A DNA stretch of 64,000 nt, taken from an uncultured Gammaproteobacteria bacterium (GTDB lineage Bacteria > Patescibacteriota > Microgenomatia > Woykebacterales > RBG-16-39-9b). Shown in pieces: positions 28,913-35,990 of the stretch (position 1 is the first letter of the stretch; each line of letters starts with the position of its first letter). The stretch spans positions 281,512-345,511 of the forward strand of contig OZ246414.1 in NCBI GenBank assembly GCA_965231125.1, in the 5' to 3' direction. A program made the position numbers and the translations under genes. Below the pieces are notes generated by a model, which had not been told where the DNA came from, searched no databases, and saw only the letters and a program-made list of their open reading frames with translations.

Positions 28913-29794
28913 CTACTTTAGATTTTCTTTTAAGAAAGAAAATACCTCGTTTCTCCAAAGGTCTGGATCTGTTCTGTAGGTTGCTATGTGAGGAGCATTT
29001 TTAAAAACCACAAATTTACTTGGCGGGTGGGCGGCCGCGACTTTTGCTCCGTCGGGTGCAAAAAAGGTTTCATCTTTTTCACCGTGGAAAAAAAGCATGG
29101 GTATATCCGGAATTTCGGCGACTTTGTCTATCGGGTTTATCACGCTTAAGTCCAGACCATAAAGTCTTTTGGCAATAAATAAAGCAAAAGGTGTAACGAA
29201 AGTAGGCACATGTTTTTCAATCCAAAGTCGCCGCACAAAGACAGGCTCAAAACGAGTCGGCACTGAATCTATCACCAAAGCGCCAACTTTACCGGTAAGG
29301 TTTCTCCCTGCCATTAAAGTTGAAATTGCCCCGGCGGAATTAGCGACAATCGCCACCCTCTCACTTTTGTAATCTTTAGATTTTACAAAATCTACTGCTG
29401 CCATTACGTCATTACTCTCATTTTGGCCATAAGTCGTTGCTTTACCATCCGAAGCGCCATGGCCTCGCAAATCGAACGTTAACACCGAGTAACCCTCGGC
29501 AAGCAAATCCCGAGCCAGTGGAACAAAATAGTAGTTACGATCATGGCGGTTTTGAGTAAGCCCGTGGACTAGAATAACAACTCTCCCTCCTTTAGGAAAA
29601 AACCACCCTCGTAGGGTTAGTTGATCTGCGGTTTTGAAAGAAACATCTTGGTAGTCTTTGGATATAAGACTGGGGCTTACTTCTATTCCGGGAAATCTTT
29701 GGTGGGAAACTGCGTAAGCAACGTAAAAACCAGCTCCCAAATAAATTACCAAAAGAATAAGAAATACAAAAAATACTAATTTCAAAAGACCCAT
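28913..29794 (-). CDS. Alpha/beta hydrolase with membrane anchor
   Basis: LRGWF, VHG, DLRGHG.S, ANSAG nucleophile elbow, HGEKD, H near C-terminus. Confidence 0.88.
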   Translation of the reverse strand: MGLLKLVFFVFLILLVIYLGAGFYVAYAVSHQRFPGIEVSPSLISKDYQDVSFKTADQLTLRGWFFPKGGRVVILVHGLTQNRHDRNYYFVPLARDLLAEGYSVLTFDLRGHGASDGKATTYGQNESNDVMAAVDFVKSKDYKSERVAIVANSAGAISTLMAGRNLTGKVGALVIDSVPTRFEPVFVRRLWIEKHVPTFVTPFALFIAKRLYGLDLSVINPIDKVAEIPDIPMLFFHGEKDETFFAPDGAKVAAAHPPSKFVVFKNAPHIATYRTDPDLWRNEVFSFLKENLK

Positions 29795-29940
29795 TAATAA
29801 AAGTTTAACAGATTTTAAACCAGGCTGAAACCAGAAGCCAGTTGGAAACATCTCTGAGCTAGGTAAAAAGCCGCTTAGCGCAGATTGATAACGTCATGTC
29901 CTTAGTTCAAGATAATAGCCGTTAGGCTATTCTTGAACGC

Positions 29941-29991
29941 AAGACACGCAGTAGCCAATTTCTGGTAGGAAATATCAGCTACGAGTGTCTT
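29941..29991. repeat. Dispersed palindromic element (CGCAGTAGC...AGCTACGAG)
   Basis: Hairpin AAGACAC...GTGTCTT; homologous to 15632-15689. Confidence 0.6.
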
Positions 29992-29998
29992 ATAGTTC

Positions 29999-30027
29999 TT
30001 GACAATTAGCTTTGTTTGTGCTATAAT
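29999..30027 (+). promoter_or_regulatory. Consensus sigma70 promoter of the DGR target gene
   Basis: TTGACA-17 bp-TATAAT with extended -10 TG. Confidence 0.85.
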
Positions 30028-30095
30028 CTCGAGTATCGGCAAGCGCAACTTTCCGTAAGGAAAGGAGCTTTCAAGAAAGGAGAGGAGGGACACCC

Positions 30096-30941
30096 GTGGT
30101 TATACGGACACCCCAAACTCTAATAGATCTGAGAGTCTTGGACCTGGTAGGCCCACCAATGGCAGGGCTTCCTGAAGAGGTGCTTAAGCATCATCTCAGG
30201 AATCTCGAGCCGATTCATTGGGCGATCGGAGAAGTCGCCAGAAGTATGAGACTGGGTGAAGTCGATCGCCAGCAACTCAGAATGGTCCTCCAAGGGATCA
30301 GACTGCCGGCTCCGACGATAGTTATCCCCGAAGCACAGCTTCCCGCAAACGACCCGCTCCGGCAAGTGTTCCCGACCGGCGGTTGGTACATGAAGTGCCC
30401 GCCCGGAATCGATCTGGTTCTGCTCCACCAGAGCGTCGGCCAGTTCGGGGCAGATGTGCGTTTCTACCGGCAGAACGATTCGGATCCGTGGTTTCTTAAG
30501 AGCTACGGAGAATGGTCGCCAGAGGGTAAGGGAAGTGAAGTGCAGCGGCTCACCACCCACTCGTGCCACCTCTTCATCCCAGACCCTTCGCAGTGGCTGT
30601 TCCCAGACAGCAAGGGCCTGCGTCGTGACGATTGCCTGCAGATGCAGCGCGAGTTCGAGAAGAAGTTGCCAGACGGTCGGACTTGTCCGGAACCGTCACT
30701 GGAGACTTTGGCTCTCGCGGCTTTCGAGTACCATCGGCAGCATCCGAGCCAGTGGCCACTTCGTGGCCCTAACTACGCCCGTTGCGCCAATCGCTTCGGC
30801 CGGGGTGGCTGGCTCGACGGTGGTGGCTTCGATCCGCGCGGTTTCGGCGTCAGCGGCTGGGGCGGGCTCGGCGGTGGCAATCTCGGTGCCTTGCGCTGGG
30901 TAGTGTGGTACGACGAAGAGGAGGCAGAGCAGGCCGCCTAG
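30096..30941 (+). CDS. DGR target protein with C-terminal variable region (probably CLec-like fold)
   Basis: Contains the VR in frame near the 3' end; GGAGG RBS; ends GALRWVV plus an acidic tail. Confidence 0.9.
   Translation: MVIRTPQTLIDLRVLDLVGPPMAGLPEEVLKHHLRNLEPIHWAIGEVARSMRLGEVDRQQLRMVLQGIRLPAPTIVIPEAQLPANDPLRQVFPTGGWYMKCPPGIDLVLLHQSVGQFGADVRFYRQNDSDPWFLKSYGEWSPEGKGSEVQRLTTHSCHLFIPDPSQWLFPDSKGLRRDDCLQMQREFEKKLPDGRTCPEPSLETLALAAFEYHRQHPSQWPLRGPNYARCANRFGRGGWLDGGGFDPRGFGVSGWGGLGGGNLGALRWVVWYDEEEAEQAA
30791..30906 (+). repeat. DGR variable repeat (VR)
   Basis: 116-bp ungapped match to 31759-31874; 22 mismatches, all opposite TR adenines. Confidence 0.97.
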
Positions 30942-31018
30942 CTCTCGGACCTGGAAAACTTGGACCTTCTGGAATCTTGGTCCTTGGTTCCTTCGCCCGC
31001 AGAAAAAGATTCCAACCC

Positions 31019-31063
31019 GACCCCGTTTCTCAAACACGTTGCGAGAAACGGGGTCTTTCTTTT
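31019..31063 (+). terminator. 13-bp perfect hairpin plus T-run downstream of the target gene (terminator and/or DGR recognition hairpin)
   Basis: GACCCCGTTTCTC/GAGAAACGGGGTC then TTTCTTTT. Confidence 0.75.
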
Positions 31064-31067
31064 CTCT

Positions 31068-31508
31068 CGTTATTCTGGCTTGTCCAGAATCTGTCCGTAC
31101 AAATCTTTGAAATTAGGATTAAACTTCTTTATCATCTTAATCTTATCTATTCGGTTCATGTCCTTAATTTGTTTCTCTCTGATGATTGCTTGGTTAATAT
31201 TGGTAAGAATTTCAAAGTAAACTAGTTTGTACAGGTTGTATTTTGCAGTGAAACCTTTTGCAACATGGTTTTTGTGTTGCCAAACACGTTTTACTAAATT
31301 ACTAGTTACACCTGTATAAAGTGTTGGTCTATCATTGGCCATTATGTAAATATAACCAGGGTTCATCCGGCTAATTATAAAAGATTCTGGATGCGTTCTG
31401 TGAGACAGAACTTACCAGAATGACTTGCGATGAAAAAACGTCACTCTGGCTTGACCAGAGTCTTTTTGAGAAAGATTCTCCGAGTCAGTAACACTTTTCC
31501 ATAATGAC
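31068..31508. repeat. Four REP-like palindromes around the GIY-YIG gene (31068-31092, 31382-31424, 31439-31463, degenerate 31473-31508)
   Basis: (C)GTYAYTCTGG...CCAGARTCT units in alternating orientation with compensatory changes. Confidence 0.75.
31070..31366 (-). CDS. GIY-YIG nuclease family protein
   Basis: GYIYIMAN...LYTGVTSNLVKRVWQHK...FT.KY...LVYFE...AI.REKQIK. Confidence 0.93.
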   Translation of the reverse strand: MNPGYIYIMANDRPTLYTGVTSNLVKRVWQHKNHVAKGFTAKYNLYKLVYFEILTNINQAIIREKQIKDMNRIDKIKMIKKFNPNFKDLYGQILDKPE

Positions 31509-31758
31509 AAAGTGGTATAATTCTCGTGGAGACAAGTTTAAGTATCAGCGGTCAAGGCTTCTGGTCGCTTTTCTCTCTACAATCTCCTTTAGTCCGGAAC
31601 TCTAAACGACTAAGGTCATTAGAGGTGTGATAAAGATTGCTAGACACTCCTTGCCTTTTCCTAGATCCCCCTACGCTAAAAGCTGCGGTGGGACGATAAA
31701 ATTCAATCCCTAGAAGTTTTCAAAGGATGGTGGGTGCTAGAAGGGAAAGGGCAACATT

Positions 31759-31874
31759 TCGCTACGGCCAGAGTAACTGGCTCAACGGTGGTAACTTCGA
31801 TCCGAACGGTTTCAACGTCAACAACTGGGACGAGAACGGCAATGACAATCTCGGTGCCTTGCGCTGGGTAGTGT
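31759..31874 (+). ncRNA. DGR template repeat (TR)
   Basis: 28 adenines, 10 AAY codons in the VR frame; just upstream of avd/RT. Confidence 0.95.
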
Positions 31875-31891
31875 CTAGAGGAAAAAGACGT

Positions 31892-32275
31892 CTAGGTGGT
31901 TTTGGCTTGTTTGATCCAGCCACCTAGCATCTTACCGATCTCTATTAAGAGATTCTCAAAAGAGAGATATTTTTGTTGATTGATTGCTCTAGTCTCAAAG
32001 GAGAGGCGCAATAGTATTTTTAAAACGTCCAGTTTGGCTGAGGCTCTTTCCAGGTAAACAAGTTTTTCGTTTTTACTCTTATAGCCTGCAAGTAGAACCA
32101 ATTCGAGAATTTCTAGGTTTAGGTCTGCACATTTTTGACCTACAGTGTAGCGATCTTGCCGAGGAAAATGTTTGAGAGCTTCGTGAAGGTTTTTATAAAA
32201 ATCGTAGGTCTTCTGAAATATGGGAATATCTAAATTACTTGAGTGGGGGGGGTCGAGTTGAAAACCTTTACTCAT
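31892..32275 (-). CDS. avd: DGR accessory variability determinant (Avd-like four-helix bundle)
   Basis: IPIFQKTYD...FP..DRY..G...LD.LK.LLRL...EIGKMLGGW; located between TR and RT. Confidence 0.88.
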   Translation of the reverse strand: MSKGFQLDPPHSSNLDIPIFQKTYDFYKNLHEALKHFPRQDRYTVGQKCADLNLEILELVLLAGYKSKNEKLVYLERASAKLDVLKILLRLSFETRAINQQKYLSFENLLIEIGKMLGGWIKQAKTT

Positions 32276-33382
32276 CTTAGCTTTCTTAAGCGCCGAGCGC
32301 GTAGCGATCTATACAAGAAGGTTATCTCACTTCCCAATCTTTTTCAAGCTTGGGATGAGTTTAAGAAGGGGAAAAGAAAAAAGATTGATGTTGGAGAATT
32401 TGAGAGACATCTGGAAGACAATATTTTTGAACTGCGTCGGGAGTTGTTGACTAAAACCTACCGACACTCCTCTTACACCGGTTTTTACATTACCGATCCC
32501 AAAGTCCGCCATATCCACAAAGCGATTGTTCGCGACCGAATTGTTCACCACGCCCTATTCAAAGTTCTCAATCCCATCTTTGAACCTACTTTCATTTCTG
32601 ATTCTTTCTCTTGCCGAAAGGGATATGGAACTCATAAAGGATTTAAGAAGTTGGTTGTCTATGCCCGAAAAGTTAGCAAGAATTACACCCAAGATGGTTG
32701 GGCTTTAAAATGCGATGTAAAAAAGTTTTTTGACAGTGTTAATCATAAAGTTTTGCTAGAAATAATTAAAAGAAAGATTAAAGAAAAAGATCTGCTCTGG
32801 TTACTGGAAGAAATAGTTGGAAGTTTCTGCACTTGTCATTCTGAGGTAAAACCGAAGAATCTGAGATCCTTCGCTAATGCTCAGGATGACGATTATTGTA
32901 AAGGTATTCCCATTGGGAATCTGACTAGCCAACTCTTCGCCAACGTTTATCTTAATGAGCTAGACCAGTTTGTCAAAAACGAATTAAAGGCTAGATACTA
33001 TATCCGCTACGCTGATGATCTCCTTATCTTAATCGAAAACACAAAGGGTTTAGTCCAATATACTGGTATATTGGACAAGTTTCTTGAGGACAGGTTAAAA
33101 TTGGAACTGCATCCAAACAAAATTTCCTTGAGGAAACTGCCTTGGGGAGTCGATTTTGTTGGTTATATCGCTTTACCACATTATCAAGTTTTGAGAACCA
33201 AGACTAAAAGAAGAATTTATCGAAAGATTCGAGAAAGGATTTTTAGTTACAATGCAAAAAACATTAACTACGAATCCTTAAACCAATCCATCCAGTCTTA
33301 CTTGGGGATTTTGAAGCACGCTAATACACATAAGTTAGAACAGAATTTAAGAAATCAAATATATTTTTGGTTAACGGCTTAA
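32243..33382 (+). CDS. DGR reverse transcriptase
   Basis: RDRIVHHAL, LKCDVKKFFDSV, GIPIGNLTSQLFANVYLN, YIRYADD, DFVGY; no maturase/endonuclease domain; start uncertain. Confidence 0.95.
   Translation: MGGVELKTFTHLSFLKRRARSDLYKKVISLPNLFQAWDEFKKGKRKKIDVGEFERHLEDNIFELRRELLTKTYRHSSYTGFYITDPKVRHIHKAIVRDRIVHHALFKVLNPIFEPTFISDSFSCRKGYGTHKGFKKLVVYARKVSKNYTQDGWALKCDVKKFFDSVNHKVLLEIIKRKIKEKDLLWLLEEIVGSFCTCHSEVKPKNLRSFANAQDDDYCKGIPIGNLTSQLFANVYLNELDQFVKNELKARYYIRYADDLLILIENTKGLVQYTGILDKFLEDRLKLELHPNKISLRKLPWGVDFVGYIALPHYQVLRTKTKRRIYRKIRERIFSYNAKNINYESLNQSIQSYLGILKHANTHKLEQNLRNQIYFWLTA
32835..32890. repeat. REP-like nested palindrome inserted in-frame in the RT
   Basis: GTCATTCTGAG..CGAAGAATCT-G-AGATCCTTCG..CTCAGGATGAC. 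Confidence 0.8.
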
Positions 33383-33428
33383 AAATATTAATTCAACCAA
33401 AGGTTAATTTTGTTATATAATAGATCAA

Positions 33429-34037
33429 GTGATAAAAGCCCTTATTTTCGATGCCGGTGGAGTTCTTTTTAATAGTGGTGAGGCCCTTTTTAAGGGCCCC
33501 GTCGAATATATTAGCCAGGTTACCAGCCAGGATTTTGTAAAAGTGGACAAGGCGTACCGGGAAACGATTGTGGAATGCGAGAGTCGGCCGATAGATAAAG
33601 AGGGGTTGTGGGATTTGTTAATGAGTAAATTGGGAAAGGATATTCCTTTTTCAGGACAAGATCCGATAGCCGATGGGTTTAAAAGATTTAGACGTTTTAA
33701 TGAAGTATTTACTCTTATTGAAAAGCTCAAACTGAATTACAAAGTTGCCGTTGTCTCGAATGCCAATGCCGTCGAGGCCTCCACACGGGAGGCGCAAGGT
33801 ATGTATAAATACTTTGATGTTGTAGTTCTGTCGTTTCAGGTAGGGGTAAGGAAACCACACCCAAAAATTTATGAGACAGCATTTGAAAAACTTGAAGCAC
33901 GTCCGGAAGAAACTGTTTTTATCGATAACGCCCCCGTAAATGTTGAAGAGGCAAAAAAGCTTGGGATGATTGGGGTTTTGTTTGTCGATGCAAGCGAGCT
34001 GGCTAAAGATTTAAATCAGGTTGGTATTAGGTTTTAA
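33429..34037 (+). CDS. HAD-family phosphatase
   Basis: FDAGGV, SN, RKPHP.IY, FIDN...NV..A...G. Confidence 0.9.
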   Translation: MIKALIFDAGGVLFNSGEALFKGPVEYISQVTSQDFVKVDKAYRETIVECESRPIDKEGLWDLLMSKLGKDIPFSGQDPIADGFKRFRRFNEVFTLIEKLKLNYKVAVVSNANAVEASTREAQGMYKYFDVVVLSFQVGVRKPHPKIYETAFEKLEARPEETVFIDNAPVNVEEAKKLGMIGVLFVDASELAKDLNQVGIRF

Positions 34038-34072
34038 TTTTGATATTATGTAGTTAGTTGTTTAGTTAAACT

Positions 34073-35032
34073 ATGGAAAAAGTTTACGTAACTCGTCCCA
34101 TTCCAGAAATTGGGTTAGATCTTTTGAAAGATAGGTTTAATGTTGAAGTGAACCTAGAAGATAAAGTCCTTTCCAAAGAGGAGTTGAAGAAGGCTGTTGC
34201 TGGCGCGGATGCCATCCTTTGTCTTTTGACAGACAAAATTGATGGGGAGGTTTTAGATGCAGCCGGGCCCTCGCTTAAAATAGTCGCAAATTACGCAGTT
34301 GGCTTTGACAACATTGATTTGGGGGCCGCTAAAAGTCGAAATGTATTAGTTACAAATACCCCAGGAGTTTTAACCGAAGCAGTTGCTGAACACGCTATCA
34401 CCCTCATCCTTTCTTGTGCAAAAAGTATAGCTGCCGCCGATAGATTTGTCCGAGACGGAAAGTATACGCAGTGGGAACCCAAGGGGTTTCTCGGTCCTCA
34501 GGTTTCCGGTAAAACACTTGGCATTGTCGGTTTGGGCAGAATTGGTTCAATGGTAGCATCAATTGCCCACGCCGGTTTGAAAATGAATATTCTTTATCAC
34601 GATCTCAAAAGGAACGAAGAATTCGAAAAGGAAGTTTCTGCAAAATACGGGGAGTTAACTGAAGTTCTTAGGTCTTCCGATTTTGTTTCTATCCACGTGC
34701 CTCTCTCGCCGACAACGCACCATTTGATAAATGCAGACAACCTGTCTTTGATGAAGAAGGGAGCCGTTTTGGTTAACACTTCGCGCGGGGCGGTTATCGA
34801 TGAAAAAGCTTTGGTTGATCATCTAAAGAATAAACAGATTTGGGCTGCGGGTCTTGATGTTTTTGAAAATGAACCGGCTCTTACCCCAGGACTTACCGAG
34901 CTACCAAATGTTATTCTCACACCTCATACTGCGAGCGCCACTTTTGAAGCTCGAGACGCGATGAGCAAGGTGGCCGCAGAAAATATTATCGCCGCTCTTT
35001 CCGGGAAAACTCCAGCAAATTTAGCCGAATGA
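34073..35032 (+). CDS. D-2-hydroxyacid dehydrogenase (glyoxylate/hydroxypyruvate reductase type)
   Basis: AVGFDNID, GLGRIG, NTSRG, LDVFENEP, TPHTAS. Confidence 0.93.
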   Translation: MEKVYVTRPIPEIGLDLLKDRFNVEVNLEDKVLSKEELKKAVAGADAILCLLTDKIDGEVLDAAGPSLKIVANYAVGFDNIDLGAAKSRNVLVTNTPGVLTEAVAEHAITLILSCAKSIAAADRFVRDGKYTQWEPKGFLGPQVSGKTLGIVGLGRIGSMVASIAHAGLKMNILYHDLKRNEEFEKEVSAKYGELTEVLRSSDFVSIHVPLSPTTHHLINADNLSLMKKGAVLVNTSRGAVIDEKALVDHLKNKQIWAAGLDVFENEPALTPGLTELPNVILTPHTASATFEARDAMSKVAAENIIAALSGKTPANLAE

Positions 35033-35042
35033 TCTAAAGTTT

Positions 35043-35435
35043 CTAAAAGATTAATTTGAGAAGATGAGGGATAAATAAAAGCATACCTAAGACGAGCGAA
35101 AAAATTGATATCAATAACACAAAAGCAGCCGAAACGTCTTTAGTAAGTTTGGCTTTTGGTAAAAATTTCTCTTCTGTAACTAAATCTACAAGTAGTTCAA
35201 TAACGGTGTTTAAAAGCTCAGCGGTTAATACAAGACAAATAGTTAGCAGAAGCACCAACCACTCGGTCCTTGAAAAATTAAGTAGCAAAGCCAGTATAAT
35301 TACGAACAGCCCAAAAACCAGTTGCCGGCGAAAATTTTTTTCCCGGCGAAGAGCGTGAAGAAGGCCACTGCCGGCGTATTTAAAACTACTTACTTTCAAT
35401 AGTGTTTGTCTATCTTTGTAACTTCCTTCGTTCAC
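35043..35435 (-). CDS. dgkA: Diacylglycerol/undecaprenol kinase family
   Basis: SF.YA..G, EKNF, ELLNT.IE..VD, KDVSAA.VL. Confidence 0.88.
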   Translation of the reverse strand: MNEGSYKDRQTLLKVSSFKYAGSGLLHALRREKNFRRQLVFGLFVIILALLLNFSRTEWLVLLLTICLVLTAELLNTVIELLVDLVTEEKFLPKAKLTKDVSAAFVLLISIFSLVLGMLLFIPHLLKLIF

Positions 35436-35489
35436 AATTTAAGGATATTATCAATAAGTAATTAAATGCAAATTATAGTTGGGTGAGAA

Positions 35490-35990
35490 TTAGCGACTTA
35501 CACTAATCGTTGGAGGGCTGCCTTGGCCGTTTGGATCTTCAGCATTTGGTGCAGACACTGTCACTCTGTTCGCCGAGTTTTTCTTAACTGAGTAACCAGT
35601 ATCGTAAGGACTACTGCAGGTAGTGTAAGTGAAACCGCCACTTGGTAGTGGATCTGTTGGCAGCGCTGATAGGTAGGTTGGTACTAGATCAGAACAAATA
35701 TCTGCTCCGGTGTTGCTGACTACTGCGGAGGTTGTGGCGATGCCAGTCGGCAGTCGACCGTTTTCAGAATAAAATTGGCCAACTGCATTTAATAAGGCTA
35801 AAGCATCAGATCTTCGTTGGGTATTTCGCGCTAAAATAAATTGTCTTGGTGGGTTAACGGCGATTAAAACAATTGCGAGCAAAATAGCCAAAATTCCGAT
35901 TACAACTAAAAGTTCTATCAGGGTGAAACCTACCTGAGATTTTTTGTGAGAGGATTTTTTACTTGGGTTTGTTAAGGGCAGAAACATCAC
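35490..35990 (-). CDS. Type IV pilin (likely major pilin)
   Basis: GFTLIELLVVIGIL class III signal; LP.DP motif. Confidence 0.92.
   Translation of the reverse strand: MMFLPLTNPSKKSSHKKSQVGFTLIELLVVIGILAILLAIVLIAVNPPRQFILARNTQRRSDALALLNAVGQFYSENGRLPTGIATTSAVVSNTGADICSDLVPTYLSALPTDPLPSGGFTYTTCSSPYDTGYSVKKNSANRVTVSAPNAEDPNGQGSPPTISVSR

Larger units (their letters stand above)
29999..33382 (+). mobile_element. Diversity-generating retroelement (target/VR, TR, avd, RT)
   Basis: Adenine-specific TR/VR pair, Avd-like and DGR-type RT genes. Confidence 0.95.

Noticed and set aside
30120-31225. Several overlapping ORFs in other frames around the DGR target
   Set aside because: Expected from the locally high GC content; no motifs or translation signals
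31727-31927. 66-aa Asn-rich ORF spanning the TR
   Set aside because: It is the TR read in the VR frame, where AAC codons keep it open; no RBS, and it overlaps avd
32243-33382. RT as group II intron, retron or CRISPR-associated RT
   Set aside because: No maturase or endonuclease extension, no intron ends, no cas genes; SQ motif, Avd and the TR/VR pair indicate a DGR
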